64,000 nucleotides of DNA, taken from contig CM022670.1 of NCBI GenBank assembly GCA_012295275.1, forward strand, positions 35,588,001-35,652,000. The letters run 5' to 3'. This document shows positions 13,030-24,905 of the stretch, one piece after another; position 1 is the stretch's first letter; every line of letters starts with the position of its first letter. Origin of the DNA: Chrysomallon squamiferum. Taxonomy: Eukaryota > Animalia > Mollusca. The notes beneath the pieces were generated by a model that did no database searches, was not told where the DNA came from, and worked only from the letters and a program-made list of their open reading frames with translations. The translations under genes were made by a program, and so were the position numbers.

Positions 13030-15349
13030 ATTTATTTATTTATTCTTAAACGAACGTTAAAGGAATATGAATTCTATAAAATTATTAAAATATTAACATT
13101 GTACGAGTAACAGAAACTGTTAAGTTGTTGCACCTGCAGTAATAAGCACTAGACATAACTTATATACTCCTGAGTGTGGAACAAAACATTAAAACAAATA
13201 ATGTCGATAACATTAAAATGGCTAAAAACTAAGTAAGCACCTATGTAAATATGTATTTTTATTAATTTTCTTTCTACTTTTCTTTTACTGTTTCTTTTTT
13301 AATTATTATTATTTCATTATTTTTATACGCTGACTGATTTCTTTATTTATTATCATCATTATTCTGTCATATTATCATCATCATCATCATCATTTTTCTA
13401 CTTTACCAGAACAATGGGCTTAAGAAATTCCAAGTTAGAAAACTATTTCTTAGCTGACAGAGAACCCCGTGAAAACATTTACAAGTACATTGACAGAAAG
13501 ATTCAGCCAGATACTCGTTATCTCGACATGTGTGCCAAGACGATTGATGAAATTGTACAATACCTGTATAAAAGTCTTTCCGTTGAACTTCAACATGCTC
13601 TGTATGGGAAACTGAGTAGCGCTCAGTTGAAACAAGTCAACGTCAAAGAAATTTTGAAGGTACACGCATTTCAAAGTTTTTGTCTTTTTTGTTTTCTTTC
13701 CTTTTCTTTTCTTTATCTCTTTTTTTTTTGTTGTGTGATATTTAATTGTTTGCGATATTAAATACAAACATCATCGATAACAGTGACATCAGTCATGACG
13801 ATGATGAAAATGATGAAGATGTAATCAGCAAACTGTCTTCTACTTATTGTGTAGATTTTGAGTTTATACACACATACATAGGTGTGTGGATATTTTTGTA
13901 TTTGCATATATGTGTGTGCAATATGTATATATATATATATATATATGTTTGTATTATAGATATATATATATGAACATCGACATAATTACACAGATACAGA
14001 GTGAAACTATTTTCTACATTATATTTGTAGAAGACGTCTCATCTTTTACAGATCGTTAATTAAGAATTAAAACCACTTTTTTAATCTGAAGAATATATCT
14101 ACATACTGTTTTATCTTTCTTACTTTTCAGAGCGGATCACTTGGCAAATCGACTGCCGTGAAAGAAAAATCCGACATTGATTTAATCATTTTCCTGAACG
14201 GGATATCCAGTATCAAGGAACTGAGTGAACTGATGCCGAACATACTGGGCTGTTTAAGAAACATGATATCAGAAATGTTGAAGAGCAGCAGCATAGTGAA
14301 ATGTATTGAAGTCAAACGCGTGACGAAGTTTTCTGTTGGTCTCATACTAACAACTAGTGACGATTCAAGGATTGAAATGGATTTGCTTCCAGCACTGGAC
14401 ATCACTGAGACACGTATGTAATTTATTCAAACTTAACAAAAATAATAATAATAATAATTATAATAATGTTGATGATGATGATAGTGCATATATTTATATT
14501 TGCTGGATATACGTCCATTTCTGTGTTTATTATAGTTTATTCTCAATCATCTTGAATCAAATAACAAAGTTTTATATACAATCTTTTACTTAGGAAAACT
14601 TTTTTCCCAACAGAATCTTTGAAGAATATTTACAAAGAAATGCGCTCCTGTGATGAAGAACTTCAACGATATTACTCTTCAAGTCTGTCGCCAATTCAAA
14701 AGGATTTCGTAAACAGATTTACCCAGCCAGCCAAAGTGAAAAATCTGATCAGATTCATGAAATTTTGGGCAAAGGTATGTAATATTTTTAAACTGCTACT
14801 GAAACATTGGTTTTCTTTAATTATAATCTATATATGTATTAATTTTTTCCAAAATACATTATTTTAACACAACGAAAATGATCCCAAGAAATAACTACAG
14901 GAAAGATTTTCATTATGGTCGTCCTTTAATATTATTTATCGTTTTCACTGATGTCTTCTTCTTCTTTATGTCAACATCATTTATTTTTATATGTAGTATG
15001 CTCTTCTGAAAAACAAATTATTACTTCTTTGAATGTTGTGATACTTTATTTTAAGCCTCATTCTCGTTCTTCGTTACATTTAAAATTGCACAGGTAGCAG
15101 ACGTTCCACTCAGATCCTATTTTATTGAGTTATTAGTCATCTACAACAACAGGATGAATGATCGAGAGTACTCGCCGAGCGGCAGTTACTCTGACTTTGC
15201 CCTTTATGATCATATGAAAGAGTGCCTGCATTTTCTTTCCAAATGTGAGACGTTGAAGATAACGTTCTCAGACAACTACGACTACAGAGACTATTGGAAA
15301 ATATCTACTTCGTTAGTATAATATGAATTTTAAATTCTGCTTTAGAGAA

Positions 15350-15438
<89 letters not shown>

Positions 15439-17280
15439 CTTAGAAAACTTATTATCACTTTTTGGCTTGTTATAAAACATTTTGTGTGAAAATGTACAGT
15501 ATTTCTATTGTTTTTATTATGAACTTGTTGTCTTTTGTCTTTTAAAATTTATTATCACGTTTTTGTTTTTTGTAAAACTTTTACGTGCTAAATAAAACGG
15601 TTGGAATAACCACTCTGTCATCATTCCATAATTTGCTTTCATCTATCATCAGGAAGAGTTATTTTCATATACACTCATATATTTAAGAACAAAATAAGGT
15701 TTCATAACCAATGCCAGGGAATAGGATATAGTTCAAAGTCCGCACCGAGGACGATAGTAATTCTTTATTTTTTTCCCTTTAATACTGAACGCTCGAAAGT
15801 AAGAAATCGAAGAATATTCCAACATTTGATATATTAAAATTTTCATTGTCTTTTAAATTATTTTTTTAAAGATCATCTGGACTAAGTTCATATCTTCTTG
15901 ATCCAGCCAATCCATTCATGAATGTTGCACCGAGTCCAGAAGACGCTGTTATTGTAAGCACGAAGGCAAAAGAACTCCTCGACAACTGGGATCACATATT
16001 TGCAGAACAGAAATAAATCAGGATTCTTTGTGCAATATGTTTATTGCTGAAGGACTGAAAAATATAAACTTTTCTCAGTAAGATGTATTCGATGGCAGTC
16101 TAGAATCTGGTCTAAAATAATTGTTTTGTTTGACAGATATTTCAATCATTGCTGATTTTTCTTCTTATCGTTATTGAAAGTTTATTGTAATCAGTAATGT
16201 GGTGTAATTCATATTTCGTGTTGTTGTTTTGATTGTAACATCATTGTTTCAGTTCTAGAAACGAAGTATATAAAATAATTAGATTAATCATTTAGTCTCG
16301 TAAATTAAAATTAATTGTTATGAAGTATTATCAAGATGTAAGAATGAGTGACACAAAATAATATTGGTATTAACTGTAATAACCTATGAAACGAAATACA
16401 GTTGTAACATAATACGTTTACAAATGCTTCAGCGTTTTTATTTATTTATTTTTTATTTCCAAGCAAACAGTAAGCGACACAAGACAACACACAATATTAA
16501 AAATAGTTCTTAAAAAGAAACAAGATAAAATGAACAGAGAACAGTTAACAGTTTTGGACAAACTGAGATGTCATTTCGGTGGCAATTACAAAACATAGAT
16601 ACCGCGTTATCTTTCTTAAAATCATCATGTGAAATGTATTTTTTAGAATGGATTGTCTTTAGAGATAATTTATAGCTGACATTGCAGGTTAAACCATTTA
16701 TTAAAACAAACAAGAAAAAAGACAACACACGAGCGACGGCTGACGTACACAAACAACAATTTTCAGATTCGTTTTCTTCTGTAATTAACAGTCTGAGTTT
16801 TACGTTAGAACAGAAAAACAGAAGCATCGCGTTTAGTCCATATTCCGGATCGGGTCAGTTAACAATTTCTATGCAGTTGGAACACATTTCGTTGATTCTG
16901 CGACCTTCTGAGTGCTCGATTTGGGTTTACCCTTCAAGACATCGAATTTTCCTAATTTGACTTTGGTCTCGATTTTCTTAGCTTCGGGGGTGTCCATGGC
17001 AACGCAGTACAAATCCACTTTTCATTCAGCTGTTGTTGAGGCCTTGCATTTGCTTGGATATTCTTTGATTGGCAGAAGAGAGAAGCAAATCTGTTTGGTC
17101 TTCAAGGTTTTGATCAGAGTCGTCTGAGAAACTACACATGTTTCTGAAATATTTTCAAATAACATGAACGTTTATCCGACTATAATATGAAAAACATATT
17201 TCTAGGGTAGGAAAATGAGAGAAAGTATCAATTAGAAGCTATCATCATCATTATCATTGTTATTGTTATTATTATTATTA

Positions 17281-17315
<35 letters not shown>

Positions 17316-18729
17316 GTTTACTTTCGTGTTGCTCGTTATTAAATAGATTTTTTGGTTTCAAAAATAAAAACGAACTAACCAGCATGCTCTGTGGGGTAGG
17401 AGTTGGCGTATTTGCGATGAATTTTCTCATGGTGGCACTGTGGTTCTGGAATGAGGTAGCTGGACACACGTTACCCTTTGGTCCTTCGAATTCGGCTATC
17501 CACTGACCGTCAAAGTTACTGCACAAACCACAAGTCTTTTTTCTGAAAACTGGGGACACCTGTTTTGACATGAAAAATAAAATATGGTTCATCAAAAGTT
17601 TGTAAAATATGATTTTGGGGAGGATTTTTGGTTTGATTTTTTTCATTTTTTACTTTTTAAATTATTATTTAAATATTTTGTAAAAATTAGTTTTTATTAT
17701 TATTAATATTTATTTATTTTCTTTTTGTTATTTATTTTTCTTGGTTTTCTTACAACAATATGTCTTAACTGTATAAATCACAAAATAACAATGAGCTCTC
17801 CTACAAGCAATCACAGTATCAAAATACCATAAACGCCTAGAAAAATATAACTGGTGTATAATTCAATTATAGATTTGTTTATGATAGCTGTATAAAATAT
17901 GAATGTTTAATAGTGAATTATTATTCTGTGGGCAATATATTCTGGGATTTTATACCACAGATCTGATAATATAAAAGCTAGTTACTCTGTAAAACAATTC
18001 AGGGATCATAAATGATATTTCATTATATTTTTCAAAGAAGCAAAAACTCACTTGAGTTTTAACGTAATCGCCGTTTGTAAGTATTTGTAAACCAATCAAA
18101 GGAAGCTCCACCCACAAGAATCTATCAATATATATCTTCAAGGTAACAGCTTTACTGTACAGAAAGAAAGATTATACATTTAATGTTTTATAACTATTAA
18201 AACAAAGATTATGTCTTTCATATATTATAGACTTAATGTTTCATATTTGTTAAACAAAGATTATACATTTAATTTTTTATATCTATCAAAATAAAAGTTA
18301 TTTATTTAATGTTTTATATATATTAAAATAGAGGCTGTGCATTTAATATATTATACTTTTAATGTTTCTTATCTATTGAACGAAAGGTTATGTTTTTGAT
18401 ACATTTAATGTTTCGTATCTATGTAAAACAAAGATTAAACTAAAATACAAGATAGTAATAATGTACGCAAAAACTCACATGCCGTAGGTGAGTGCCTTTT
18501 CAATGATAACGGGTTTGCCTGGTTCTACTGTTTGTACGGCATTGTTAATCATCACTATGAACGTGGATCCTGAGGGAACGACGTCAACAACCCAATATTG
18601 GGTCATTATTTGCAGAGCCTGAGATGAAAAAAGTATGACTATGTGGTTGTTGATGATGATAATGATAATTATATATATATATATATATATATAATATTTT
18701 TTGGTTATTATTATTTTCAGTAGTAGTAG

Positions 18730-18767
<38 letters not shown>

Positions 18768-21700
18768 CTAAACTGACATGGTCCAACTTATTCAAATAAG
18801 ATACTGGTTTATCCCCTTATATGTAATTACGTATTAACGAACCCAGTGACGGTGTTACCTTTGCCGTAAAATCAGGAGTCGTGGGAGTAACCGTAACGAC
18901 AAACGACTTCATTGGAGAACAGTCCATCGCCAGAACAGCTCGGCAAGTTCCCATGGAGGGCATTGAGTAGTAAACGTGGTCAAACGTCTTTACGGTTTGC
19001 AGAGAAACTTCGCAGGTTGCTGAAGATAAAAGCTCATAATTATTGAAAAGCTAAAGTTTGCAAGGATTACAATGGAAACATTTACTACTTTGCATACACC
19101 TACATACACAAAGTATCTCTAACATATATAAATACAAACGTGCATATATACACAAGTAAACATTAAAATTTATGCTGTTCTTGAAAAAGGCAGCCTGATA
19201 TCAACATTATCAATTCTACACCAGTAATTGAGAGATTCGGGTTGATTTTTCTAAAACAGTGCTTTCACTTCATACTCATAATTTTGCAAAATGATCAAAG
19301 ATTATAGGTTTTAAAACATCCATAACTCAAAAATATGTTAGAACATAATGAAAACCAAAGGAAAAAGAAGATTATTTAAAGTAGTAAATATTTTTCTGCA
19401 CCATTTTGATTTTAAAGAATTTATGCAAAACGCTTATCAGCAAAGTAGTGTGGCTGGAATTTCATATCGGTAGATGGTTTAGAACAATGCTTCCAGATAT
19501 ATGATAATTACTAATCACAGATTAAGCAAGACATTCACAGAAAATTGTCAGGAAGAGAATCTTTTGAAACAAGATTAAAATACCTGGAATCGCAGTGCCA
19601 AATGGTGCATACATGGAACGTCTGAACCAAGGCTGGACCATGGTCATTGGTGTCCAGGCTGTCTTCATCATTGCTGTGGGCAAGTAATGCATCGAAGGCA
19701 TGGCCATGTTCATCCACTTCAGTGTTGTTGTTGGGGTCATAACGTAAATATCGAACTAGAAGCAGATAATTTTTATAACGTGTGTGTAACGTTTTTGTTT
19801 CTGACTGATTGTCGTTGCATTCCAGTGTACAGGAAAGGTGCAATATAATATCTCAGACTGATGAATAACTAGACTAGCCAATGGAAATAGGTATTATTTC
19901 TTTACAAAATACCTATGAATGACAGCTAACAAATGCAATGAATAAAATGTGCTTTTATTATTCATTTGTACACGATACTTACTGCCTGGTTAGAAAGTCG
20001 AGTATGGTGCAACATGTGTACAGTTCCTGTCGTTGTTACAACTGGCATATCGAACTGTGTGTTCATTCGCCAGTAGGCTGGTATGTAACTCAGCATATTC
20101 CAAACCATTGTCTTAACTGATACTGGAATCTCCTCCTGGTTAAAATAAAGGTTATAGTTTAATAGAATACGATCATTATAATAATTATTTTGATGCTTTG
20201 CTGTTGCTATTGTCTGCATTGTTGTGTTCTTTTTCTTCCTGTTAAATGTCTTTTTTACCCCGACGGAATTCTGAATAAGCTAACTGTTTGTATGTATGTG
20301 TGTCTTAGTGTATGTCTCTGTCTGCAAGTGTGCGTGTCTGTGAGCGGTCTGTGATTGTATGTTGTTAATAAAACCATAGATTCGACGAAAACATTAAATC
20401 ATTTAAATAAAACGTACCGCGACGTATTTAATCATGACATGTCCGTGCATAAGTGTGTTGATGAATGTCACAACAGGCATGCTCGGCATGTCCATGACGT
20501 CACGGCCAGAAAGGTATTTCATAAGATAGGTATCAATCTCGGGGCTTCTGGCGAATGGGCTGACTTGTGTGAATTCCCAAACCATTTGTTCAATACTCTT
20601 GCTGTAGAATATCTGACGAAAAATTTAAAAAATAAAATAAAATAAAAATAAGCGAATATATGTATTTGGAAAAAATGACTATTATTCCGCAGTTTCACCG
20701 AAGACACAACACATTACTTCATTGTGAGCTGTAATATCACGGTTAGAATGGGAAATTGCAGCCTTTCGACATACCTGTTTTATGCTTAGATTTGTATAAA
20801 TTAAAAATCAATATGTATCAGTTTTCATGCTGTCAGTCATATAAGTCAATTATTAAATCGAGGTTAAAAAGTATTTATATGTATAATTCATAATATCACT
20901 TTCAGGGTCTTGATGCATGATACAAAATACGTATTCGTTATTTACCTTTGCCATAACGGTTTTGGCAGTAAGGCCAGTTGTACCAAAGGTCATGTTGACG
21001 TAACCAGTCGTTGCCATTGGCAGAGCGCCATTCAGTACTGAAACCATCTCCTGTTTCTCTGCTGTGTATTGTTTTGTCATGGCATCAGTAGTTGGAGTGT
21101 GTGGAAGATCGACAACTTGACTTAGTGAAACGACAACCTCGTTAAGGTTCTGTTCCAGAGTTTTCACAATCAGGGTCCAAGGAGTAACAACTGGAATCTG
21201 GATCTGTTTTGAAGTGACGACAGCCTTCACTGCAGCGATCAGACCCTTCTGCTGTTGAATTACGATGGCAAGCAGGCCAGCATTAGGAGTGATACTTTCT
21301 ACGCCAAGCTGTTCAACCATCTGGATCTTCTGCTGGAACTGCATCATTCGCTGAATAACGTGTCTGATGGCCATTTCAATACTGTACGGCAAAGCTGTTG
21401 GCGTTGTAGTCTTCAGGCTTTCGACCTCAGCTTGAGTAACTTTCTGGTTTGTCATGACCATCTGCAGCGTCACCAAGACCATGTCTTGTGGCATAGGGTG
21501 ATTTGGTTGTACCTCAAGCATGTTGGCAGAGAGAACAAAGTTCTCGAAAGCTCTGGTTACAGCATATTCAATTTCAGTGCACTTAACAATCAAAATATTG
21601 ATGTTCTCAGTTACGGTGACGAAGCTGAACACATTTGGACCAATGGTGCTGCTAAGGATAACGGACTTCAGTTCGTTCAAAACGTACTTCAGATTAATCA

Positions 21701-24700
21701 TTGTTGATGTAACCTTTGCATACAAAACGATCTTAGGATCAGCGCCTGGAAGCAATACGGCATTCTTAATGGTTACAAGTTCATTCAGTATGGCTACGGT
21801 CTTGTCCACTATGACATTGATGTCTTGCATTACGACTTCAGTTGCTTGTTGTTCCATGGTGGAAAGTCGAACCAACTGTTTCAGGCTTGTAACCTTTCCG
21901 TCCAAAAGACCGACAGTCAGCTGCATTTGCTGCATTTTCTCGAGCATTGCTATTTCATCGGTACTGAATACATTTTTGACGGACAAGTATTCTACCATGA
22001 ATTTAGTGATAGCTGCAGCGCGAGTCGTTAGGGCTATAGTCTGAGTGTGAAGTTCTGCTGTTGTTTTCTCGTAACTGAATACAAGTGGCTGTGGTATCAT
22101 GAAAATATCCTTTGTGTTGATCAAATTCAGGTAGATCATATTCTGCTGCAATGCCAGCTGAATTACAACTGGAGCAACTGGAATAGTTGTAATGAGAGAT
22201 TTCAAGAGAATAGCATCAACGTTAAACAAAGACTGTTGGGTAGCTTCAACGACTTCGGTAACAGGCTGAAGTGATGGTACCTGTCCATTCATTCTGTCTG
22301 TAATAACAGATTTGAGTGCTGTAACCTGAATCTGGTTTACTTTCTTAGCTTCTTCGACAATTGCAGTTACATCAGTGGTTGGGCTTGCTGTTGGAGGTAC
22401 GACAGTGAACAGTACATCAGCGAAGGTAAGGTATGTGGTGTCCATTTCCTTCAAAAGCTGGTTGGTCTGCTGCCAGATTACATTTCCTTTCTTGATGAAG
22501 TCCATATTCATTGTCTTGTTGCCAATGATTCTGAGAACGCCCAAAGCCCGGTAGTGCTCCATGATGGCATAATGGAGAACCAGCACACTTAGGGTAAATT
22601 GTGGTTGGTGGTGATGCCTTAAACATCTTTATTTTCGCAATAAGTTCAGCCTGGATCATCTCGACCGATTTGACCAAGTACACCAGCAGTTCCTCCATCT
22701 TGGCAATTTCAACTGGATCCCATGCGACGTCTGTCAGTGACATGATACTTTCAACAACTGGTGTCATGTTTGTCAGCAGAGGGAAAAGAATTTCGATGAA
22801 CGGATCTTCGCGACTGGCAATAATCTGGAGCATTATTTTCCTGATCATCACAAGGGGTTCAACGTTTCCAGCAAGGTTCTGAATTTCTTTGCTCAAAATG
22901 GCTTTTACGGTCTGGTTCAGTGTTTGTAGAAGAGGTATGTGATGCTTAAGCTTGGTCATAAATTGAATGTTTCTCATGATTTGTTCCTGATAGAATGGAT
23001 CCAAGAGTTGTTCTGGTTTGACGATGATGCTAGGAAATTGCAGCATGGACTGAACTACCATCTAAAATGTAAGAAATAATATATAGTAAAAAAACAACAT
23101 AGATAATGTATAATGGAGACATTTAAGGATAACCATCTAATTACTTTGAAAATTTGTTATTACAAACCTTTCGTTAACGACCGAATTTTTTTTTCAGACT
23201 GAATTTTCATTTATATTTCCAAAAAATTATAAAATAAAATCAAATTAAATATTATCATAATTCTTTGCTAGAAACATATTAACATGTTGCAGGTCATTTC
23301 ACGTAACTAACACATTGAAATATAATCTAATAAATATGCTTACCTCCCATGGTTGAGTATCGTAGCCTGGCAGTGGAGTCCTAGCAACATGAGCCACCAG
23401 TTGGTGAAGCTGTCTGTCGTTAATCGTCTGCCACAACAATTCAACCTGCATTTTTCTTGGAACTACCGCAGTACTGGCATCAACAACTACTACCGCGCCC
23501 CACTTTGAACCAATGTTGATCAGTTTCTGGCTAGTGCCTAAAATCATTTGAAGTTTCTTGATCAGCTGTACAATGGTAACATCGGTAACGGTGAGATCGG
23601 GGTACTCTGGTACTGGGGTGGCCGTTTGTTCATTTATTTGTAGCTCCTGCTCAGTCTGTGCAGTCCCAGAGGGCAACAGACAGAGTGTCATAGCAGACAA
23701 CCAGCCGTCACAGTTGGATGTTGTAGGCGTGGTCACAGTGCTTGTTGGTAAACCTTCACCAGCAGCAGTAGCAGTAGCAGTACCCGTTGGCGTCGTCGGA
23801 GTCTGAGTACTAGGGGCTACGAAAGTGGAAACAAACTGCGCTTGAACCTTGATTACATTTGGAACGCTTACTCCCGGTTTCATAAATACTGCAATAGTGG
23901 TCTTGCCAGCTAGTGGGATTGGTGCCGCAGTAGCAGTGCTTGGGACTGTGACGTATCCAACCACTTCCATGCCCATAGTTGAGTTGCCATAATCATAAAC
24001 CATCTACAGTATATCGAATATAATAATTAGCATTCAGTATGGGTCAGAAAATATATAACTGTAACAAAAAGAATTCGTACTACTACTACTATTAGAACGG
24101 ACCTGACTCAAACTTCATAATTTACTTAAGGACATTTTTATAATATATTTAGTGATTACTATTGAATCTTTTTTAAAATTATAAATTAGGTATACTTTTC
24201 GTATGAGGTATCCTTTAAGGAACGTAGCTTTTGTGACAAACACACACAGACAGACACAAACACGTGCACACAAACAGACAGACGCTGACACGCTGATACA
24301 CAAACACATATATTTCTTACCTCGGTAAGACTTGCTTCTTCAACCAGTTCAATGAACTTCTTCTTCATCGTTGTCGTTCCAATAGCCTCGAATGTGTAAG
24401 GAACAACTTCAACGGCAACCAGGGGTTCGGTCTGTTAATATAAATGATTTTTTTTTTTTTTGTTAGATATTAACTGCCAGTATTATTTTTATTTGTAAAT
24501 CATTGATCCTTCATATGACGATTTACAGATTATGTCTTATATATATTTGTTTTTGTTCCTGTGAAGTAACGTGAACCAGTTTTCATTCTAAAACCATACG
24601 TGTGGTTCACGAAGAACAAAAACAAAAATGCATAAGCAGTCATACATTTGACTCGGAAAAGCATTGAATTTAAATAAAATATTTGTTTTAAACATTAAAA

Positions 24701-24727
24701 ATAAAGTCAATTCGAGGCAGATATGAA
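13030..24727. repeat. ~12-kb direct segmental duplication, unit B
   Basis: Colinear with 331-12384. Clearly diverged over the OAS gene and last vitellogenin exons, almost identical from about 18600 onward. Confidence 0.95.
13414..16016 (+). CDS. OAS1: 2'-5'-oligoadenylate synthetase (OAS1-like), copy B; exons 13414-13659, 14131-14413, 14614-14774, 15094-15311, 15872-16016
   Basis: Same motifs as copy A (SGSLGKSTAVKEKSDIDL, IEMDLLPALD, KNLIRFMKFW, LLDPANP). The last exon is in frame from the acceptor TTTTTAAAG at 15871, and the frame stays open to the stop. Confidence 0.88.
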
Positions 24728-24864
24728 TATTTAATAATAATATTAAAAAGTGATTAATAATTAAATCAAACGTACTTCCAAATCATGAAAGAAAGTGAGA
24801 ATGCAATAGTCACAAAATGTATTTAAGAAATATTTTCACTGTTTTATAATCATAATTATATGGA

Positions 24865-24905
<41 letters not shown>

